Both the position numbers and the translations under genes were made by a program. DNA of 64,000 bases from Rhynchopus sp. YZ270_cl-10 (taxonomy: Eukaryota). Below are positions 11,647 through 23,400 of this stretch, piece by piece (the stretch's first letter is position 1; each line of letters opens with the position of its first letter). The notes under the pieces were generated by a model. It was not told where the DNA came from, did no database searches, and saw only the letters and a list, made by a program, of their open reading frames with translations. Location of the stretch: contig OZ037837.1 of the NCBI GenBank assembly GCA_964035575.1, positions 1,240,001 to 1,304,000 on the forward strand, given 5' to 3'.

Positions 11647-12393
11647 CAGTGTTCTAAAATACGTGACATACCCCCCACGTATTCGTATTAATACGTATTA
11701 ATACGCGTACGTATTAATACGTGACTTTCGTATTAATACGTGGCTTTTTCCAGCAAAAAAAAAAACACCCCCTTGATGGTCAAAACACCAAATTTTTGCG
11801 TTTTTTGGATTTTATTGGTGCCCAAAGAGCCAACCAGGGGTCAAAATTTTCTCTGAAATTTTTCAATTTTTGCTAAGGCGCTGGCCCATACAAATGTACA
11901 GGGTCACAAGATTGCCGTGGAATATATTACAGATGCTCAAAACGGCAAAATTCTTGCTTTATTTGCATTTTTGGGCTCAGGCAGGTACAAAAAAATAACC
12001 AGAACTTTTTTTCCTGGTATCACTTGGGATACAGTTTCTACGGATAGACATGAAAACGGGCACATAGGTGATGCCATTTTTTCCAACCGACACAAGTGGG
12101 GGCGTGTTTCCCAAACAACAAAAAGCAAATACTTCTCAGACGTCGCGTCCAGTTTAGGGGCTGGCTTCGCTGCGGGTGTAGACATAGTAAGTATGCAAAA
12201 TTGAAATTATTCCTGACGGGGAGTGCGTGAAGTGTGGGGGAGATTGGTTGTCTGTGTATCCATGTAACAGTACCATATGATACCGGGGGAAAAAAAAGTC
12301 ACGTATTTCCAAAAATACCCCCCACGTACGCGTATTAATACGTATTAATACGCGTACGTATTAATACGAATCAGTACGTATTTTTGAACGCTG
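11647..12393 (+). mobile_element. ~750-bp non-autonomous TIR element, copy 1
   Basis: Ends CAGTGTTCTAAAATACGT ... ACGTATTTTTGAACGCTG; subterminal CGTATTAATACG palindromes; flanked by CCCAGTACC on both sides. Confidence 0.88.
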
Positions 12394-12563
12394 CCCAGTA
12401 CCCAGTACCCAGTACCCAGTACCCAGTACCCAGTACCCAGTACCCAGTACCCAGTACCCAGTACCCAGTACCCAGTACCCAGTACCCAGTACCCAGTACC
12501 CAGTACCCAGTACCCAGTACCCAGTACCCAGTACCCAGTACCCAGTACCCAGTACCCAGTACC

Positions 12564-13336
12564 CAGCGTTCAAAAATACGTACTGATTCGTATTAATACG
12601 TACGCGTATTAATACGTATTAATACGCGTACGTGGGGGGTATTTTTGGAAATACGTGACTTTTTTTTCCCCGGTATCATATGGTACTGTTACATGGATAC
12701 ACAGACAACCAATCTCCCCCACACTTCACGCACTCCCCGTCAGGAATAATTTCAATTTTGCATACTTACTATGTCTACACCCGCAGCGAAGCCAGCCCCT
12801 AAACTGGACGCGACGTCTGAGAAGTATTTGCTTTTTGTTGTTTGGGAAACACGCCCCCACTTGTGTCGGTTGGAAAAAATGGCATCACCTATGTGCCCGT
12901 TTTCATGTCTATCCGTAGAAACTGCATCCCAAGTGATACCAGGAAAAAAAAAGCTCTAGCTATTTTTTTGTACCTGCCTGAGCCCAAAAATGCAAATAAA
13001 GCAAGAATTTTGCCGTTTTGAGCATCTGCAATTTATTCCACGGCAATCTTGAGACCCTGTACATTTGTATGGGCCAGCGCCTTAGCAAAAATTGAAAAAT
13101 TTCAACCAAAAAAAAAATAAAAATCGAGAAAATTTTGACCCCTGGTTGTCTTTGGGCACCAAAAAAATCCAAAAAAACGCAAAAATTTGGTGCTTTGACC
13201 ATCAGGGGGGGGGGGGGGGGTTTTTTTTGCTGGAAAAAGCCACGTATTAATACGAAAGTCACGTATTAATACGTACGCGTATTAATACGTATTAATACGA
13301 ATACGTGGGGGGTAGGTCACGTATTTTAGAACACTG
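12564..13336 (-). mobile_element. ~770-bp non-autonomous TIR element, copy 2, inverted relative to copy 1
   Basis: Near-identical reverse complement of 11647-12393 with small indels; same flanks. Confidence 0.88.
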
Positions 13337-14064
13337 CCCAGTACCCAGTACCCAGTACCCAGTACCCAGTACCCAGTACCCAGTACCCAGTACCCAGTAC
13401 CCAGTACCCAGTACCCAGTACCCAGTACCCAAAATATTTTCGATAATACCCATTTTTTCTTTTCTTTAATACCCACTTTTTATTTTCGTTAGTACCCACT
13501 TTTGAAAATGGGTATTAACGAAAATGGGTACTAGGAAAATGGGTATTAAAGAGAAAAACCCAAAGTTAAAACCCTGAACCGAGTTTCTCCCGTGGACTAC
13601 CCTGCAACTCGGTCAGAGATAAAAGGATTTTGCCAAAATCCCATATTTTTTTTAGATTTGTCGAACTTGAAGAAGTCTTCGACAACAAAAAAACCCAAAA
13701 TAAAAAAGTTGTCGAAGTTAAGGCTTAACTTCGACACGTTGAAGGCCCTGTTCCTAAAGTACCTCCCTTTCAATTTGCTGTCCTCCTGAAGAAAAGGTTG
13801 AAGGGAGAGGGGTGAAACAAAGAAGGGGGAAAAACAATAACAACCATAGAAAAGTTCAATGAGTGCTAACCACACAAAAGCGCAGTACTGCATCCTCTTC
13901 CCATCTCTCTCTTTTCCTTCTCCTTCCCCGCTTTAATCTTCCTTTCGCGAAGCAAATCGTGTGTGGCATTCGTCCGTATATTTTACGACTTAATAGACGC
14001 CAGCACCAAAGTGTCACGAACTTAAAACACCTATCCCCACACAACAGAGTTACTCTCCCTGAAC

Positions 14065-14600
14065 ATGGACATCACAGGACACTTCGAGTCTGCAAGCTGT
14101 GTGATAGAAGTGGACAGGAGCGCCACCCTTGCACAGGTGAAGGGGAAGCTTCTTGCGGAGCTTGGCGTGGCACATGCTCGGCATGTTGGTGTGCGGATGA
14201 AAGGCGGTGGCGACATCGGCAACGACGACTTGCGCATCTGCGACACGGAGATGGATGAGGGATGTGCCGTTGAGCTGTACTGCACTGGTGCCAACATCAG
14301 TCCTGGGGTGATACCTCTTTCGGATGTCTTCTCCCTCACATTCTCCCCGTGTGACAGGTTCCTTGCAGTGAGTAGTTTCGATTGTAATGTGGTGATCTTC
14401 GACACAGAAACACATGAGTGTCTGTGCAGCTTCCCTTGCTGTTATGTTTGCATTCCAACATTCTCACCGTGCAGTGAGTGGATCTCATCCGCAAAGATGT
14501 GTTGAAATGCGTCACGTGAAGACAGGTGCATTGAAGCACTCCTCTGGGATGGAGGTGATGACTGCGCCACGGCATGGTCGCCCTGCGGAACAAAGCTGTT
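14065..14600 (+). pseudogene. Ubiquitin-like + WD40 gene, truncated/frameshifted
   Basis: MDITGHFESASCVIEVDRSATLAQVKGKL..ICDTEMDEGCAVEL (UBL-like), VFSLTFSPCDRFLAVSSFDCNVVIFD (WD40); stop at 14505, then cut off by the duplicated segment at ~14608. Confidence 0.6.
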
Positions 14601-14607
14601 GTCGTGC

Positions 14608-15257
14608 AGTCTCTCAAGCCTTTTTGTACTCTTTTTCTACAAAAGTGGCATATTTGAGCCACACCACAAATACAAAATGCTTCTGGCCACCCCTTTATCA
14701 CGCCCCCACCACCACCACACCCACCAGCATTACAGGCATCCTTGCCTCTCTTCCCCACAACACACAACACACAACACACCTTTTCTTTCCTCCATACCCT
14801 CCTCCCCTCCCCTCCTTTTTCACTACATCCCTTCCGTAGCCTTTCGTTTGGACCGATATTGTCTTCGTCCTGGTGGTGGCGTCGCTGTGTGGGGTGTGCA
14901 GTTTGGTGTTCGGGATTGGGATGGGCTTGGTGATCAGAAGGAGGAAAGAGGCGAGGGATCAGAAACGTGCCACCGCTGTTCAAAACGCTGAGGTCTTTGT
15001 TGCAAGCGCTGACAGCACAGAGGAGGACATCCCGCTTGACACATACTCAGAACAGTTTGAAGTCTGCTCGGAGCTCTCGCATTTCGAGCTCGAAGGGGAA
15101 GCAGCCCACCCTCAGCACGCAATGGTGTCGTTAGATGCGATTCTCCAGAGCACGTCTCTCCACTCGATGACAAGGAAGCCAATCCCATTTCATGCTATCG
15201 ACATGGATTGCGATGGGAGAGAGGTGTTTGGATCGGAGATAGTTGTGTAGAAGGAGG
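14608..15257 (+). pseudogene. Deleted duplicate of the membrane-protein gene at 26539-27066
   Basis: Near-identical to 26259-27073 but lacks ~157 bp containing the ATG and signal peptide (junction GCCTTTCGTTT|GGACCGATATT at ~14849). Confidence 0.9.
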
Positions 15258-17427
15258 AGGAGGCTTCCCCCCACAAAACAGGGCCACGTGAGATAGACGC
15301 GGTGTAGTGTTTCTCGTCCCTGCACCGAAGTAGACAGACTCGTGTTGCTTTTATGATACGCCGTTCCTCGAACACCGTCAGAATCGTGTGTCTCCCCACA
15401 ACGGCACGCTTGTGGTTTGAGGTGATTGTTTGCTGTGTGTTTGTTGGGAAAGGAAAGGAGGCGCCGATGATGGCAGACGCAGCTGCACCCACCTGAATGG
15501 GGTCAGAAGTCCGTCCCGTTGCAAGACACTGAGTACAGTAGGTTGTCCGCAACAGCAACGATCTTTCAAACTGAAACGTCCCCCCTTGCACGACAGTGAC
15601 GTCCTCAACGTGCATCGTCATGAGCTCTCTGCGGACGTTGTCTCCTTTGCGGAGCTGTTGTACGAATGCCACTGCAAAGTGTTGCTTGAGTCGCAGGGGG
15701 CGGGGCTGACAACACATGACCACGAGAAGATGCCTGAGGGGATGACGACCGCACTGTGGAGGTCGAAGCAGACCCTTCATGGTTGCAAGGCTATCTCCCG
15801 AAGACGTATCTGCTGAGGAACGTTGTGTGTCTCCCGAGAAGTGTTCTCAGAAACACTGATGGTTTCCCCATCCAAAAGTAGTGGCGAAGACGATCATGTT
15901 TCCAGCCATCCTAGCCTCAGTATCATAGCAAAGCACGAGGCCGTTTTGTACGTCCTGTGCCGTGTCTCAGCAGAGGCTTCTCCGCTTTGACTGGGCTTAT
16001 CAACGACACGCTTTGCGTCTTTGTGGTGGAAGGCTTTCTGTGCTCTGCACGGCAGTTCTTTTCGTGCGCATTGCTTGCAACAGCTAATTGGGGAAGGGAT
16101 GGCGGTCGTCTTTGTTAGGGTGAGACCACGCCTCACTGCCCACTGCTACAATGCTGTTTTTGGTTGGGAGGCAACTACCTGGTCTCACATCGAGGTGGAG
16201 ACTGGGAGGCTGTTGCGTCATGATATGGGGTGTGGTGCGCTGCTTCGGCATTGGTGCGTTGTGTCCGTAATGTGTATCTCTGGGAGTGCGGACGTGGGTT
16301 CAGCGGTGGCATGTTGTGCAGTCCGCATCTGTTTCAGTGATGCGTGTGAACACGGCCTGCGTCTGATTCCCCCACTTGGCGGAAGTGTCGCAGAACTGTG
16401 AGAAATATGGTTCTCTGATATTTGAGGATAAGGTTCACGGTTTGGGTTCCGTCTTGTGTCCTTCAGATATTATGGCAAAGACAACTGAACACGAGAGGCT
16501 TAGGTTCATCTCATCAAATTTACTATTTTCCGGTCAAAGGCCTCGTCATCGTCAGACGCTAGTGACGAGCGGTAAGGGTGACTTGAGTGACATCGATCAT
16601 TGTATTGAGCTTGTTTCATAGTGGTTCACTATTTGACACACAGTTGGGCATCTTTTGTGTGGTCCTGGGGTGGACCTCACAATGCACCACCGGGGTACGT
16701 TCCTCCAGAAACTCTATGAAGGTGTTGACCGCTCGAGCCGATGTCTCCTACCTGAGAGATTGCACTCCCTTTCACTTTGTGTTTGGAGAACTGTTGTTTC
16801 CTATTTAACACACAGTTGCGGCCGGTTGGAGCACTGTTGCTTGCATCCTATTTAACTCACGTTGGCAGTGAGCGCAGATGCAGACTATTTTGAAGCACAG
16901 TTGATACTCTTATGCGTCTTATTTAACACCCCGCAAATATTCGTTTCCTTCCCCATGTTTTTTCACTTCCCAGAGTACTCAAACAACACCCCCCAAAGGA
17001 GAAGCGTCGCGCCCCTCCGAGCCACACAGCAACCTACGTCCAGCATGAGCTTCTCTAGCTTTATGGGTCCACAGAAGCAGCAGCCTGTGGATTCCTGCAC
17101 TGGAACGTCGGGCCTACCCTTCTGAGAAGGGATGATGGCCGTTACAGCAAGAACGGAGGTTTTGTGACATACGCGCGAAGTAGGGCGAAGCAGTGAGGCG
17201 CGAGGTTCGACGTGTGCAGGTGACTGCGAGCTCAGAGGCACATGCAAAGCTGTACGTAGCAGCACAGTGTTGTTCTCCACGCATGACGTGGGACGGTGTT
17301 ATTGGCTGTGCCCGTCTCGAGCGGTGCACTGTTGCAGTTTTGCGTGCTTCTGGGATGTGGATTGAGAAGCATGCACACACACACACCCTCCACACACCAC
17401 ACACCTTGCAGGAAGCAACACACCACC

Positions 17428-20400
17428 ATGTTCGGCCCACATGAGCAGGTGCAAGCATACGCAAAGCAGCACAGCATCCTGAAGCTGGTCGACGAGCTTG
17501 TGAACGAGCTGCTTCAGCATAAGCCGTGCGACCCGTTGGCGCACCTGGCGTGCTACATCGACGGCCTGCGTGGGGCAGCGCCTGCGACGGACGTGGAGAA
17601 GAACAAGCTTGCGGCAGAAGGCAGCACTGCGGCGTGCGCAGAGGTGTCGCACACCTCGAGCACATCATCATCGCTCGAAGCGGCGCTGGGGACACTCTGG
17701 GACGCGTGCAGACCCAACCACGCGACGTTCAAGGAGCGTTTCGAGAAGGACGTTTCGCAGGGCCTTCGAGATGTGCTTGCGACAGTCTTCGCGAAGGCCG
17801 GGAAGGCGAAGGGGCAGGCCGGGAAGGGACAGGAGGCAAAGGACACACCTGTGCAGACACAACTGAAGTTCGACGCCTCAGCAGACGTGACGCAAGCAAA
17901 TGCGGGACAAAGTGTGCAGCTGGTGGACCCCTACAGCGCCGAGTACAGACCCACGCAGAGTGTGTCGGAGGTGGTCGACGGGCTTGCAGACTGGTTCGGA
18001 CCTGGACGGAAGCTGTGGCCGCGGAGTGCTGTGGACAGGGTGAAGCACAACTGCACCTTCATGCAGCACAAGCACAACTACGGGGAGGTGGCGGAGGTGG
18101 TGGTGCCGCTCTTCATCTACTCGATTGCGGTCATGAAGGAGTACACGTGGGCCTTCTGGGTGGCCTCGGATGGGCGCGGACGGTGGACGCCGTTCTCGTC
18201 GGTGCACGCAGTTGTGCTGGAGAAGGACTTCCTTGCGCACTGCACGAAGGACGGGGCACCCCTGTGTGGGGAGGACGAAGACCTGACACGTCCACGGGGG
18301 CTGCCGCTCGCACCACTGAACGGCACCATCACAGAGGCAAGGCGTGCGCTTGCAAGGGTTGCGGAGGACACGAAGGGTGCGGGCACCACCCCCAGCAGGC
18401 AGCCGGCTCGTGCCGCCTTCGAGCTGCCCACGCAGATGCAGGTGGTGTTCTGCGACGGGCGCATGGTGGGCGGCAGCAGCAGCGAGGGGGACGAACGGGG
18501 GCGTGGCTTTGCAGGGAAGGTTGGTGGGGTGTTTGCGGGCTGGGAGGGGCTCACGGTCTTTGTGAGCACGCCCTTCCTTGAGGGTTGCAAATGTCGTGAT
18601 GAGGTCACCAGCACCACCACCACGAACACGACCAAGGACGTGGCAAAGGAGTTCTACATAGCACGGTACAAACTGGCAGATGTGAGGGCAGAGTACGAGG
18701 CTGCTTTGCGTGCAAACACGCAAAGCACGGCGGATGCGGAGACACTCGCGAGCCTGAAGAAACGTGTTGCGCTGCACCCGTACTCGGACTCGGTTGCGTG
18801 GCTTCCGGCCCCGTCCTGCATCTTTGAAGGCCTCCACACTGCGACGGCGGACGTGCAGCGCACACAGACGATGTCTGTGTCTCTCGCACGACTGCCCCCA
18901 CCCGGTGTGCTGGAGTACTTGCAAAGCAGACGCACCTGTGAGCACCTTGAGATTGCCGAGGGTGGTCTGCACTATCTGCGTTCGGAGGATGCGTTTGCGT
19001 GCCGTGCGCGTGAGGAGAAGGTGCTGCTTGCGGGGAGGAAGGACAAGGTGGCGGGGACAGAGACAGCGTACGTCCGCTGTGACGACAGCTGCTGCTTCTT
19101 CTGTGCGGTGGGTGCGCTGAAGGACCGTTGCGTGCGCGAGAAGAACCAGCAGCAGTACGACAAAGGCTGCAAGGAAGACCTCGACGCACTGAGTACCGAG
19201 CACAAACAAGACTACAGCCCGTTCCAAGCGCTCGTGGCACACAAGGTCGCCATCGCCGTGCGTGAGGCCCCCGAAGGCCAGGCACCGACGCCGCTGACGA
19301 TCCTCCACGCTCTCGACATCCAGGCCGTGTACTGGTCCTCGGCAGGCGTGGCAGACTGGACACACGTCAAACAACCCCTGCACGCTTCGCTGTCTGGGAA
19401 GAACAAGTTCATTGCCGTACCTGGAGCAGACGTGCCACCGTGTGTGCTGTACAAATCCTGCTGCGAGTTCGCGAAGCAGCCGTACTACGTCTTGAACGCG
19501 TCGATGCGTGATGCGCAGAACAAGGCACACAAGACGCAGATCACAGTGACGCGCAAGGACAAGACGAGCGAGGTCTTCTGTGCACGCAGCGTCGCGTCGC
19601 TTGGGAAGGGTATGGGCACGCTCCGGGAGGTGGCACGCAAGCACGCGACCCTGAGGACCTGCCTCAGAGACCTGATGAAGCTGTCGCACCAGACGTGCTT
19701 CGAATCCGAGACGAGCGGGACGTCGGTCTGGTACACGTCACGCGACATCATCGAGGATAAGAAGAAGGACGACACCCTGCCGCGAAGCGACGAGGACTAC
19801 CTGAACCCTGTGCACCACAGCGGGCTTGGCTACTACCGGTACACGGCACGGTACGACAAGGAGGCACCGGAGTACATAGAACCAAGCACGATGAAGGTGC
19901 AAATGGGGGACTGGGTGTCGGGGCAGGTGCGGCCGCTGCTGTTCTACGTGAACGAGGCAATGAAGGAGATGTCGCCTGTGCTGTCGTACCGGGGGTGGCG
20001 GTGTGCGCCGGAGACAGAGCAGAAGTGCTACCGCGGGCTTGGGAACGCACGCCTGCCCCCTGAGCTCTACGCAACGGGGAACGTGGTGGTGTGGTCTGCG
20101 TTCTCGTCGACGTCGACGGACCAGGGCATCTCGCAGTTCTACGCCAGCTCCGCGAGCGGGATGACGGCGTCGGTCTTCATTGTGACAGGGTCGTCTTGCA
20201 GGCTGATCGCACCCTGGAGCAGGTTCGGCCGTGAAGAGGAGTGGCTGTTCCCACTGAACTCAATGTTCAAGGTGGACTCGATGCTGACGGAGGACCAGCA
20301 GTCGATTCTCGGGAAGAAAGACTTCCAGCTCTTCGAGATCTCTGAGGTCGACGAGCTGTCGATGGAGAAGATCCGCATCCGCTGCTCCCTGGCAAGCGCA

Positions 20401-23400
20401 CAGACGAAGGAGGTCGCGCGTGTGGTCTTCTCAGCAGTGTCTGCAGTGGACTCTGGGAACGGTGTTCTCGACCTTTCCCTGAAGAGCGCAAGCGAAGGCT
20501 GTGTGGATGCGAAGTGGGTGTACACAGTTGTAGTGAACTTCGACGCACTCCAGCTGTCGCCTGTGATGACAAGCAACAGCACGAAGCTTTGCACTGGCAA
20601 CGTGGCCGACAGCTGGAACAGTTTCCTGTCCGATGCCCACAAGCTGAATCGCTTCACCCACGAGCACCCCTGTGTGATCTTTGACAAGTCCTCGGAGGAG
20701 GGGCGGCAGGTGCTCAACGCAGTGTCTTTGGTTCTCGGCCTGCGCCACTCGAAAGCGCTCACGTTTGTTGAGGTGACGTGCCACCTGAAGCCCTCGAAGG
20801 CGAAGGACGCCCGCAGCCTGCAGGAGGAAGAGAACGCAAGCTCGGGCTACTACCAGCTGAAGGCGATGAACCCGACGGAGCAGTGGGAGGTGAGCATCGA
20901 GATGCGGCGTGAGGATGGCCAGGAAGGGCTTGCTTTTCTCGATGCAGGTGCTGTGCTGCTGCACAAGATCATCGCGAAGCAGGTGCACCTGGTGAGGGTT
21001 GACATCCGCAACAACGGTGTCGGTGTCGAGGGTGCGGAGCTCCTTCTGCAGGCGCTGCGTGTCAACAGGCATGTTGTGCAGCTCAGCATCTGCGACACTG
21101 AGCAGCAAAACCAAAACCAAAAGCAAAAGCAAAGACCTCTGCAGGTGCGTGACACACACACATGCGACGCAGAGGACGGGGACGATCCACACCTGGGGGA
21201 GGTTGCGGCACAGCGCATGATGCACATCCAGCAGGTCATCAACATCAGGTGTGCGCACAACAGAGGCACCCTTGTGTCAAGCACGTTCTCCGACCTGGGT
21301 GACACCTGGCCGCAGTGCGCCACGGAAGCGCTGTACGACGTGGACGTGGTGGATATGGCCTTCTCGGACCTGTTCGACACCCGCCAGCGTGAGGCTGTTC
21401 TCTTCATCGAACTCCTGCAGAAGGCGGTTGACGCACAGCACCACTCAGCACAACAGGAACTTGCTTCGAACAGGACGTACCCAAAGCTCCCCGGCGCGCT
21501 TGTTGCTGCTGCGCGTTGGTGCGACGCGTCGGTGATGACGTTGCTTCTGGACATGCAATGCGACGCCTGCGAGACGGACGCGTTTGGCGAAACACCACAA
21601 CTGAAGATGTCGCGCCGTCAAAACAGAGGCACAGAGAACTATCTTGATGCCTGTGATCGCTCGCAAGACCTGGCGCAGCGCCTTCACGTGTGTCTGGACA
21701 GGCTCCAGCCTGCAGTGCTCCGGTACGACGAGCCGCTGTGGAAGGTGAAGAACTTTGCGCTGGAGGTGATGCGGATGGCAGACGACCGTGAACACATCTC
21801 TCTCGCAGCTGAGCTGATCCGCAACGTGCGTGCCCGCTACGAAGCCTTCTTTGGGAACGAGCCTGCTGCGCTGTGCGCATCTGAGTACGCCGTGCACGTG
21901 GAGCGCATGATGCACGACATCATGGAAGTGTGCAAGACGTGCTCCGTCCTGGCTGTGCTGCAGTGCCCTCTCCGCCGTCAGGAAGCAAGCCTCTTCTGTC
22001 TCAAGGTGCTTTGCTCGCGTGGGAACGAGCTCTTTCCCCTTGTGGATGCAACAGACGAGATGCGTGCAATGACCGATATGCGCAGCACAGGGCGCAGGAA
22101 GTGTCAAGGTGCCGCTGGGTACCAGAGTTGCGCAAAATTGTGCAATCCGAGAAATCAGTTCAGACAGGAGCAGTGGTCTGCTCTTGCTGAGGAGGAGGAG
22201 CTTCCACGCAGAATGGACAAGAACGGAATCCGCTACTTCGAGCACGAAGTTGCTTTGCAGGACACGGAACCATGGTCAGATATGCAAGAGGCAGACGTGT
22301 GCAGCACGAAGCGCAGAATGTACGAAGGCAGCTACGTTACAAAGCAGCAGTATCTGGACACGGTGTGGAGCACAGCCGAGGAGGAGCCGAAGCAGATACG
22401 CAGGCAGAACGCTGACGGCTACTTTGTCTTCAAACACGACTGGGATGAAGCCGTGGAGGGCGGTGCGTGGGAGGACGGGAAGAAGGAGACACTGCCGACG
22501 CTTGTGGAGCAGTTGCGGCAGCCCTCTCTCAACCTGTACGACCCAACGGTGTTTGGGAGCCGCATTGAAACGGAGGAGAGCAGGGCCCAGCTGCACACGT
22601 GGTCGAGGCTGTGGGGTGCTGTGAACGCTGTGCTGGTGACAAGCACGGAGAAGGAGCGGGTGCTCTTCCGCAAGGTGGAGAATGTGGCGGACACTGTGCT
22701 GATCCACCACCTCCACCTGAAGCGTGGTGAGCTGTACTGCCAGCCCGACATCACTCTCTGGGATGTGGAGCGCCGCTACAGAAACCGTGCTGTGAAGCAC
22801 GAGAAGGACAGCAGAAGCGAGACACAGGAAGCAAGGACGAAGGTGGACTTCACGTCTGACTTCAACGACAACTCAGGAAGACTCTGGAAGGCGTCAGAGC
22901 GCAGATGGACAGGGAGGGGTGGCGAGGAGGCTGCGTATGAAGGCGAGCTTTGCTACGAACATGAGTTCAAAGACAAATGCATGCAGGCACACAAGCAGGC
23001 ACGCAAGGAGAGAGGGGAGGACGTGGGGTTTGATCTGAACACGTTACTCAGATGGGAAGATGCGAAGCCTGAGGACCCTTTCCTGACACACGTCCCTGGC
23101 GAGCAAGTTGAGGTGGAGACACGCAAGAAGAGCAGCAGCACCATGACAACGATTCTCTTCAGCGCGCACGGGAAGATGCACGGCGAGTGTGTGGGGCTGC
23201 TGAGCGACGGACACGACTTCCTCCTCCCTGCGCTTGAGATGTTTGTTGTGGAGGATGTTCAGGCACGTGGCACGTGCCTCCATGTCAGCCTCATCTCACG
23301 TGGCTCGCTGCTGCGCACGGACAAAGAGCTCCGTGCCTGGTGCTCTGGCATACAGCGGACTGGCCTGTCTTCTGTTTGGGGCAAGAACGGTGCTGCGGAT

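Larger units (their letters stand above)
11395..13431 (+). repeat. 7-bp satellite (CCCAGTA)n in three co-oriented blocks: 11395-11646, 12394-12563, 13337-13431
   Basis: Perfect tandem units interrupted by two element copies. Confidence 0.97.

Noticed and set aside
11395..13431. Telomeric repeat
   Set aside because: Interstitial, not a telomere unit I recognise, and no chromosome-end context
11317..13476. QYPVPST and GYWVLGT ORFs
   Set aside because: Translations of the 7-bp satellite
15260..17100. Coding-like GC-rich DNA with short ORFs
   Set aside because: No recognisable domain or continuous frame; possibly decayed genes but not callable
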